Part shown: piece by piece, positions 24,846 through 32,000 of the stretch
Layout of the letters: each line of letters begins with the position of its first letter
Numbering within the stretch: the stretch's first letter is position 1
From: an uncultured bacterium
Lineage (GTDB): Bacteria; Patescibacteriota; Gracilibacteria; UBA1369; PNNO01
NCBI GenBank assembly: GCA_963704705.1
Contig: OY969931.1
Location: forward strand, 510,001 to 542,000
Length of the DNA: 32,000 nucleotides
Direction: 5' to 3'
The notes under the pieces: model-generated
Database searches by the model: none
What the model was told of the DNA's origin: nothing
What the model saw: the letters and a program-made list of their open reading frames with translations, nothing else
Made by a program: the position numbers and the translations under genes

Positions 24846-25649
24846 ATGAACGATAACGAATTATACAAACTCTGCCAGGAGTATGGAGTAAAGGCTCGCA
24901 AATGGAAAAATAAATTTATTTCTTTGCTCCCTGAAGTTGCAAAAAGAGAACTTTATAAAAAGAAAGGTTTTGAATCCATTTATGAATTTGCAGCAAAAGT
25001 GGGAGGAGTTGGAAGAAAAACAGTTGAAGCGGTTTTTCAGGTTCAAAAATATATTGAAGATAAACCGGCACTTAAAGCTGTTTTGCCAAAAGTTGGAATA
25101 AATAAGATTAGAACAATTGCAACACTGGCAACCCAGGAAAATCAAATTGAACTTGCTGATAAAGTTATTAAAATGTCTAAACCTGCACTTGAACTTTATG
25201 CTAAAGAACAAAGAGCGCCAAAAATTGAAACTCCTCCCGGGAGGAAAATGAGAATTTTAAGTTTTCATGTAGATGAAGCGGTTGAATTGGAATTAAGAAA
25301 ATTAAAAAATGAAGGAGAAACATTTAATGATGTAATGAGAAAACTTCTTGCACTTGTTCCGAAAGAGAAAGTGGTTAAGCCGCGCAAGACAAAAAAGTCG
25401 AAATCGAGGCCGGTTCCTGCCCAACAACGACGCGAAGTTTCAGCTGAAACAAATGGTAAATGTTCAATCCCGGGCTGCAACAAGCCGGCTGAAGAAATCC
25501 ATCACAAAAAACCATGGGCAATATTTAAAAAACACGATGAGCTACAAGCCCTTTGCAAAGGCCATCATGAGCTCAAACATCAAGGTGACACGCTGATCGA
25601 TAAAAAATTTAGAATGTATAAAATGCAGGCAGCATTAAATTCGGGTTAA
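24846..25649 (+). CDS. HNH endonuclease domain protein with helical N-terminal region
   Basis: C-terminal 'NGKCSIPGCNKPAEEIHHKKPWAIFKKHDELQALCKGHHELKHQ'. Confidence 0.8.
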   Translation: MNDNELYKLCQEYGVKARKWKNKFISLLPEVAKRELYKKKGFESIYEFAAKVGGVGRKTVEAVFQVQKYIEDKPALKAVLPKVGINKIRTIATLATQENQIELADKVIKMSKPALELYAKEQRAPKIETPPGRKMRILSFHVDEAVELELRKLKNEGETFNDVMRKLLALVPKEKVVKPRKTKKSKSRPVPAQQRREVSAETNGKCSIPGCNKPAEEIHHKKPWAIFKKHDELQALCKGHHELKHQGDTLIDKKFRMYKMQAALNSG

Positions 25650-25714
25650 AAGACTTTATTTAAAGCGGAATTTGTGGTAAAATAATATGAAGAAATTAAA
25701 ACAAAAAACACACA

Positions 25715-27790
25715 ATGGATTTCAACATATTCTTTGAGGGAAAATTTGTTTATCACGGGGGCGCGGAAAAGCCACGTGGTCAAGAAGCTGCTTCACAAAA
25801 AACAGGAAAAGACTCATTTAATGAAAGAATGGATTATATTGAACAAAAAATGAAAGCCCTGGAAGACAGAATAGCGGAAAAATTGGCAGAATTAAAAGGT
25901 AAAAGAACAAGATTAAGCACAAGGAGAAAAATTAAAAGATTGGAAAAAACAGTCAAAGACATAAGAGAAAAAATAAAGAAATTAAAAGAAATGAGGGAAA
26001 AAGACAGGGAAAAGGCTATTGTTATAGTTAATAAAAAACTTGATGACGTGATGAAGAGAGAAGGTGTTAAGCTACCGGAAAATCCTGCAAAAGCACCGAA
26101 TACGCCTTCAAAGTATGGACCAAGTGAATCCAAAATAGGTCCGCGGGAATACACGAAATTAACTAAAAAACAGGAAATTGCTATTAAGCAGCTTGGTAGA
26201 TACATCGCAATGGATCTTAATAAACTTAATGAAGTAGGTTATTTAAGATCTGATATTAGAAATGTTTTAAATGTAAGAGTTAGACAACTTGTTTTTATTT
26301 TGGGATATGATCCGGATAAACCGCATTTAAGTTTAAAACATCATGAATATTTTAAATTACCAAACGGTTATTCTCTTGCTCTTTACAAGTGGAAAAAAGA
26401 TCCCCAATCAAAACCTAATGTAATGTTTTATAAAGGTTCTGAACTGGTACTTTATCAGCAAGACGGCGGATTCCAGGCACCGGAAGGTGACACACATATT
26501 GATAAAGGAAGGCAATATGCGGAGATGGTAAAATGTTTTCATTTATTTCCGCAAACTTTTTATGTTGAAAAAGGGAAATTGGTAATTAAAAACGGAAAAG
26601 AGGATGAATTTCATAAACTCTTAGGGGATATCATGAAATTCAGCGGAAAATTTAAATGGGATGTCAGAATTCACGGTTGTGCATTAGGCTATAGTCCGGA
26701 TCAAAAAGGGCTGATAATTACACCTTACAATACTGATTTTAAATTTCTAATTAAACCTCCTTCACCAAGAATGGTTTTTGAAAGAGGTGTGGAGCCTGAT
26801 CATATTGTTTACGAGACGCCTGAGAAAAAAGCTGAAAGGGCAAATAAATTTAGAGAACAGGAGAAGGCTAAAAAAGATGCTGAAAAATTGAAAGCGCTTC
26901 AAAATCGTGAGATTGAAAGAGGAAAGGCAAAACTGGAAAACAGGATTGACGACAAAAAATACAAAAGTATTGTTCAAAAGGATATAAATCCAAAAAACCC
27001 TTATGAATTCAGAATAATTGCCAAAGATAAAAAAGCTGAGAAGCTTATAAGTAAAACAAGAATCAATGAACTTCTTAAATTAAAAAATTGCAAAAGTGTT
27101 TTGTTTGTAACAATTACAGGACCAAACGGGAAGAAAAGAGAAGGTATGTTTTATCCTGGTCAGGATACATGTTATGAGATGGTGAACGATAAACAAACTG
27201 ATCAAAGGCTTAGATTCGTTAAAGGAGATCATTTTAAAATTGCATTTGCAGAGCCGAGTAAAGAGAATTACAGAAAATTAAATCCAAAATTAAAAAGAAA
27301 TATTAAAGAACCGGTTAAAGAAAAGTCCGAATTGGATGATTTTAAAAAATTGCCGACTCTTAAGGATTATGAACAAAGAGATTTAGCAAAAAAAGCGCGG
27401 CTTTCTCAATCAAAAGAGCAGCAAGAAAAAAACAAAGCAAACTATGAAAAAATGAAAAAGCTTTTGGGAACAACATTCAGTAAATTTAAACCTAATCAAA
27501 ATAATCCAACTGAATTTAAAATAACTTCAAACTCATTGGCAAAACTTAAGATGAAAGAATTATTTGCTGGATTAAAAAACTTTAAAGATGAATCTGTACG
27601 TGTTTCAATTACCGATAAATCAGGGAAAAAACGCTTTGGGGTATGTCTTCCGGGGCAAAACCCTCCTGCGATTTACAGAATAGAAAACGGAAAACAAACA
27701 AATAATGAAATGAAATTTTTTAGAAACGAATTAATCAGGGTAGAATTTTCTAAATCAAAACCAAAACAAAAACCTAATGGAAAAAAATAG
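25715..27790 (+). CDS. Large hypothetical protein: N-terminal coiled coil, central globular region, duplicated C-terminal domain
   Basis: Long ORF; heptad-rich N-terminus; two related ~80-aa segments. Confidence 0.75.
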   Translation: MDFNIFFEGKFVYHGGAEKPRGQEAASQKTGKDSFNERMDYIEQKMKALEDRIAEKLAELKGKRTRLSTRRKIKRLEKTVKDIREKIKKLKEMREKDREKAIVIVNKKLDDVMKREGVKLPENPAKAPNTPSKYGPSESKIGPREYTKLTKKQEIAIKQLGRYIAMDLNKLNEVGYLRSDIRNVLNVRVRQLVFILGYDPDKPHLSLKHHEYFKLPNGYSLALYKWKKDPQSKPNVMFYKGSELVLYQQDGGFQAPEGDTHIDKGRQYAEMVKCFHLFPQTFYVEKGKLVIKNGKEDEFHKLLGDIMKFSGKFKWDVRIHGCALGYSPDQKGLIITPYNTDFKFLIKPPSPRMVFERGVEPDHIVYETPEKKAERANKFREQEKAKKDAEKLKALQNREIERGKAKLENRIDDKKYKSIVQKDINPKNPYEFRIIAKDKKAEKLISKTRINELLKLKNCKSVLFVTITGPNGKKREGMFYPGQDTCYEMVNDKQTDQRLRFVKGDHFKIAFAEPSKENYRKLNPKLKRNIKEPVKEKSELDDFKKLPTLKDYEQRDLAKKARLSQSKEQQEKNKANYEKMKKLLGTTFSKFKPNQNNPTEFKITSNSLAKLKMKELFAGLKNFKDESVRVSITDKSGKKRFGVCLPGQNPPAIYRIENGKQTNNEMKFFRNELIRVEFSKSKPKQKPNGKK

Positions 27791-28892
27791 TAAAAAAATT
27801 AGAAAATTTTTTGCACAATTGGCACTGGTGCTTGTATTAAGCGCAATGCTTATCTCGTTTTCAAATTCAGTATTGGCAGCTGCTGGAGATGCTGTGGGCC
27901 AGAATAATGCAACAAGTGGTTCAACCCCGGTTGATAATCCGAATGCATCAACTGCTCCATCAACACCTACAACTTCAACATCTGGTACGCAGCCAATAAC
28001 TGCTCCCGGTGCAGGTAAGGAGAATTTAATTTTTGTGCCACTTGATACAAGTGCATATCAGGATTTACCTCACCTTACACAGGTAACTCCTACTGGTATG
28101 TTAAACGAATTTGTAAGCGGAATAATCAAAAACGGTAAATGGATTTTGGGAGCTTTTGCAGTGCTTTATATCGTTGTTGCAGCTATAAAATTAATAATAG
28201 CAGGTGATAACGAAGATACTGTTACAAAACAAAAAAATGCAATTATGTATGGAATCATAGGTTTGGTTGTAATTGGATTTGCAAATGATATAACCAGAGT
28301 TTTGTCTGTGGCATGCGCTCCGGGCCAGATTGATTGTGCAAAAGGCGGATTTTTAAAAGATCCGGCCAATATGGTTCAGCAGGCAGCCTTATTTACTCAA
28401 ACAACAAGAATACTCATAACATTTATTAAATATGCTATCGGAGGCATTGCAGTTTTGATGCTTGTAAGGAATGGTTTGAGACTTGTTGCTTTGGCAGGAA
28501 ATGAAGAAAGTGTGACAATTGATAAAAAGAATCTTATTTATACATCAATTGGTTTGGTTTTAATTATTCTTGCAAGCAGTTTTGTCGATAAAATTTTATT
28601 CATTGTTGATCCTTTAAAATACTCAACAATTACAGGAGTTGAGCCGGCTATCAATCCAACAAGGGCTGCTCAGGAAGTTGTGGGTATAACAAACTGGGCG
28701 GTTTTATTTACGGCTCCCCTGGGGATTTTAATGTTGATTGCGGGTGCTTTAATGTATGCGGCATCTGCCGGAAACGAGGAGCAAATGACGAAAGCAAAGC
28801 GTTTAATTATGTTCGCAATTATTGGTATGGCAGTAATTTACGGTGCTTTTGCCATTGTTAGTACCGTTATATCAGGTCAATTTATTCCGTAA
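27777..28892 (+). CDS. Membrane protein with signal peptide and three TM-hairpin repeats (pilin/T4SS-associated-like)
   Basis: Repeats 'IKLIIAGDNEDTVTKQKNAIMYGIIGLVVI', 'LRLVALAGNEESVTIDKKNLIYTSIGLVLI', 'LMYAASAGNEEQMTKAKRLIMFAIIGMAVI'. Confidence 0.7.
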   Translation: MEKNSKKIRKFFAQLALVLVLSAMLISFSNSVLAAAGDAVGQNNATSGSTPVDNPNASTAPSTPTTSTSGTQPITAPGAGKENLIFVPLDTSAYQDLPHLTQVTPTGMLNEFVSGIIKNGKWILGAFAVLYIVVAAIKLIIAGDNEDTVTKQKNAIMYGIIGLVVIGFANDITRVLSVACAPGQIDCAKGGFLKDPANMVQQAALFTQTTRILITFIKYAIGGIAVLMLVRNGLRLVALAGNEESVTIDKKNLIYTSIGLVLIILASSFVDKILFIVDPLKYSTITGVEPAINPTRAAQEVVGITNWAVLFTAPLGILMLIAGALMYAASAGNEEQMTKAKRLIMFAIIGMAVIYGAFAIVSTVISGQFIP

Positions 28893-28899
28893 TTAATTT

Positions 28900-29847
28900 A
28901 TGAAAACAAAAAACTTTCTTAAATCATTGGTTCTGGTTCTTACATTGGCTACTTTATGCCTTACAATTAAGCATGTTTTTGAAACAAGCATTGTGAATGC
29001 GGCCCTTGATACTACTTATTTGGACAAAATTCAAAATGTTACGGATTTACCAACATTTGACAGTTCTCATGGGCAGGCAATTCAAAGACCTGGAGTTTCG
29101 AATATAACCAGCGCAGTATTTTTTGTGTTGGATATGCTTAAATTTTTAATAGGAGGTGTTGCGGTAATAATACTTATTCTCATCGGAGTTCGTTTAATAA
29201 TTGCCCGCAAAAAAATCGATGAAGTATGGCCTAAACAAAAAGAACATCTGATAATGATTGCTACTGGATTTGTATTAATAATGCTCGCTGATTATTTGGT
29301 TAAAAGGGTGTTATTTGGTGCTGAAGGCGAAGTATATCAATCAGAGGCATCTGTTCAGTTAGCAGCAGGAGCCGCCACAGAACAGATTAAAGGTATTTAT
29401 AATTTAGCCATGATTCTAGTAGGACTGTTAGCTGTTTTGATGACAATTATTGCCGGATTCAGATTATTAATAAGTGCAGGTAATGAGGAAGCTCAAACCA
29501 AAGTAAAAAAACAGATGACATGGCTTATAATTGGTTTATTTGTTATTGGTGTCGCAGAATTTGTTGTTCAGGATTTTATATTTCCAAACAAAGGAGCACA
29601 GATTCCCGCAGCAGATCAAGGTATAAAACTAATTGTAAGCTTTACAAATTTTGCTGCAGCCTTTATTTCAATCATTGCATTTATTGTGTCATTGTATGGA
29701 GGTTATTTATATGTAATTGCTGCAGGAAATGAAGAACAGACCACGAAGGCTAAAAAGGTACTTATGGGTGCGATTATAGCCCTTATTCTAGGGCTTGGAG
29801 CATTTGCTGTAGTTAATAGTGTGATTCAGCTTAAGCCAGGAGCTTAA
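28900..29847 (+). CDS. Membrane protein with three TM-hairpin repeats, paralogous to the preceding gene
   Basis: 'VRLIIARKKIDEVWPKQKEHLIMIATGFVLI', 'FRLLISAGNEEAQTKVKKQMTWLIIGLFVI', 'YLYVIAAGNEEQTTKAKKVLMGAIIALIL'. Confidence 0.7.
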   Translation: MKTKNFLKSLVLVLTLATLCLTIKHVFETSIVNAALDTTYLDKIQNVTDLPTFDSSHGQAIQRPGVSNITSAVFFVLDMLKFLIGGVAVIILILIGVRLIIARKKIDEVWPKQKEHLIMIATGFVLIMLADYLVKRVLFGAEGEVYQSEASVQLAAGAATEQIKGIYNLAMILVGLLAVLMTIIAGFRLLISAGNEEAQTKVKKQMTWLIIGLFVIGVAEFVVQDFIFPNKGAQIPAADQGIKLIVSFTNFAAAFISIIAFIVSLYGGYLYVIAAGNEEQTTKAKKVLMGAIIALILGLGAFAVVNSVIQLKPGA

Positions 29848-29903
29848 ATATTGTAAAAAACTTAATTTTCTGCTATAATAAAAAGAAAAATAAACATAAA
29901 AAA

Positions 29904-32000
29904 ATGAAAAAATTATCAAAATATATCGGAATAATATTTGTAGCTACATTGTTTGCTACTTTTCTTATGAATATTCAAGTCGCATCTGCTGACCTATGCA
30001 GTGAACTTGCACAGTCAACAGGAGGCTTTTTTAGCTGCGGAAGTAAAGAAGTTACAACATTCACTCAGTTCCAGGGCGGTTTACAGCCACCTTCGGCTGA
30101 AGGATATGATCCTACTCTTACACAGCAAACTGATCTAAGAGATTTCATTGTTAATGCAGTGAATTTTGTACTTGGATTTTTAGGCCTTGTTGCAGTTGTA
30201 ATGGTAATCTACGGAGGATTCATGTATGTTACGGCCGCGGGACAGGAAGAGCAAACAACCAAAGGAAAGAAAAGCGTAATGTACGCGATGATTGGTATAG
30301 TTATTATTCTTATATCTTATGCATTAGTTAATACAGTTATTAAAGGAGTCGGAAAAGGAACAGATGCTGGAATTAATTCCGGGACTCAGCAACTTGCAGG
30401 AGCAGCTCCTGAAAATTTAACGGGTGATCAGACTCAGGCAATTCAAAGATTATTTTATGCTGCGGCATTGCAGGTTCAAAGAGCAGCTGAAGATTTGGCT
30501 ACTAATTATTCTCATTATGTTGATGTTGACGATGCATTGGCTCAGCTTGAAGCAGTACCGTATGTTGATCGCGCAGACCAATTACATGTATTTTTAGGAG
30601 ATATTAAACGTGCATTAAGTAATATTATTTCAGCTTCAGGTGAGTTGAGCAGAACTTCTGAAGCAGCTAAGTTTGCAGAAGATTATGTTGATACATTTTT
30701 AAATCAATCTCAGCAGCAATTGACTGCTGATTGGACTACTTGGTGGTCGGACAACAGTGCTGATCTTCAATATGAAATAGATGCAATACTTACAGAGTCA
30801 GGAGCAGAAGGTGAAAGTATATGGAAAGCAAATCTGCTTGATTTTGCTGATGCAGTTGAAAAAATCATTAGTAATTTAAATGATTTAAAAAAACAGATTG
30901 AAAGCTCAGGATTAGTTACAACTTCTGAAACTGATTTTGGTGTAGCTTTTGATAGAGCTGTAAATAGTTTGGAAAATCTAATACCAATCGGTTTTGAAGT
31001 TCCGACAAATCAAAAAGTGATTGACGCACTTGAAGCATTAAGTGATTTACACACCGTGGTTCAGAACATCAAGTTTGTAGCAGCAATTATTAATGCGGAT
31101 GTTACTAAAGGCAATGCTCCGTTAATAGTAAATGTTGACGCACTTAATTCAGTAAGACCGGATTATGAAAGTATTAATCAGGATGATATTGAATGGGATT
31201 TTGGTGACGGAACCATTGTTGAAGGTAAATTCGCTACTTCTCACATTTATAGGGAAACAGGAAGTTTTGTAATTAAACTTACAATTAAAGGTGATTCTGC
31301 TAAAGGAATTGCTTCTGGTGTTGCTTATCAGGATGTTAAAATCGGTCCGCCTGCATCTCAGATTAATTTAAATGTAACTGTAGGAGACAGATTCCTTGGT
31401 TATTTGAGTTTCTACAAAGACGGATTCCTGGTTATAGATAAAAATAGATTAAACGTAACTTTAACAGAAGCCCGTGATATTGGTATTACATTTGATGCTT
31501 CTGAAACAAGAGGCGGTTCGCAGTCAGAACAGGAACAGGAAGCAGGAGGAACATATATTCAAACTGTTTCATGGGATTTTGGTGATGGAAGCGATACAAT
31601 ATTTGGAGAAATGGTTGCGAATGATGTACAAACACATTATTACGGTGAAGAGGGGACATATCCTGTTATAATTGAAGTTGTTGATTCAAGAGGAATTAGA
31701 GACAGAAAAGTATTTGAGGTAGTTGTTGATTCACCGGCAGCAAGAATTGATTTGAAGCCTGGAACAACAGCGAGAATTAATGAGGATGTAACATTTGATG
31801 GTGGTCAGTCTTCAACTGATGGCGGCCAGATTTCAGGTTACAAATGGAGTGTTTCAAATCCTCAATTAAAATATTCAGCGGAAGAAACCGATGAAAGTTT
31901 TACTAGTTCATTTGAAAGCCCGGGAGTTTATGATGTTTCACTAGTTGTTAGTGACAACCTGGGAAATACAGCAACTGATAATACGAAACTTAAAATTGAA
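29904..32000 (+). CDS. Large protein with signal peptide, one TM-hairpin repeat and multiple PKD domains; 3'-truncated by window end (not in supplied track)
   Basis: Continuous 699-codon frame from ATG 29904 to base 32000; 'GGFMYVTAAGQEEQTTKGKKSVMYAMIGIVIIL', PKD motifs 'IEWDFGDGTIVEG' and 'VSWDFGDGSDTIFG...EEGTYPVIIEVVDSRG'. Confidence 0.88.
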   Translation, partial: MKKLSKYIGIIFVATLFATFLMNIQVASADLCSELAQSTGGFFSCGSKEVTTFTQFQGGLQPPSAEGYDPTLTQQTDLRDFIVNAVNFVLGFLGLVAVVMVIYGGFMYVTAAGQEEQTTKGKKSVMYAMIGIVIILISYALVNTVIKGVGKGTDAGINSGTQQLAGAAPENLTGDQTQAIQRLFYAAALQVQRAAEDLATNYSHYVDVDDALAQLEAVPYVDRADQLHVFLGDIKRALSNIISASGELSRTSEAAKFAEDYVDTFLNQSQQQLTADWTTWWSDNSADLQYEIDAILTESGAEGESIWKANLLDFADAVEKIISNLNDLKKQIESSGLVTTSETDFGVAFDRAVNSLENLIPIGFEVPTNQKVIDALEALSDLHTVVQNIKFVAAIINADVTKGNAPLIVNVDALNSVRPDYESINQDDIEWDFGDGTIVEGKFATSHIYRETGSFVIKLTIKGDSAKGIASGVAYQDVKIGPPASQINLNVTVGDRFLGYLSFYKDGFLVIDKNRLNVTLTEARDIGITFDASETRGGSQSEQEQEAGGTYIQTVSWDFGDGSDTIFGEMVANDVQTHYYGEEGTYPVIIEVVDSRGIRDRKVFEVVVDSPAARIDLKPGTTARINEDVTFDGGQSSTDGGQISGYKWSVSNPQLKYSAEETDESFTSSFESPGVYDVSLVVSDNLGNTATDNTKLKIE

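Noticed and set aside
31474-31671. 65-aa plus-strand ORF
   Set aside because: Out-of-frame within the long PKD protein frame that runs to base 32000.

Overview
This AT-rich 32 kb window looks like a candidate-phyla (Patescibacteria/Peregrinibacteria-like) chromosome; that lineage call is inference only. Housekeeping genes: a secE-nusG-X-rplK-Y-rplA ribosomal/transcription block, leuS, folD, purF, purD, dut, tmk-like, pheA and a DUF1385 gene. Accessory content: an S-layer/Ig-like surface protein, a YtxH protein with a histone-like tail, an orphan reverse transcriptase (RT), a degenerate-ABC / HKD-family (PLD) / PrsW / tandem-repeat / slipin cluster, an HNH protein, and a terminal run of membrane proteins with duplicated 'GNEEQ' transmembrane hairpins ending in a PKD-domain protein that leaves the window. 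That last ORF is absent from the supplied track because it has no stop. Strongest candidate for an undescribed system: RT gene 4347..5594 (-). It is preceded on its own strand by an extended -10 promoter and a ~315-nt non-coding region. A 22-bp complementary pair (5898-5919 with 5605-5626) bounds that region, and both imperfections become G.U wobbles in RNA of the RT strand. This resembles a retron a1/a2 layout, but the RT lacks retron NAxxH and VTG motifs, has VGDD in place of YADD, and has Ala at the expected steric-gate position. Other notable items: a multi-branched leader before rplA, a degenerate ABC ATPase next to an HKD protein with an altered second motif, a 45-bp coding tandem repeat behind a consensus sigma70-type promoter, and near absence of TGA stop codons.
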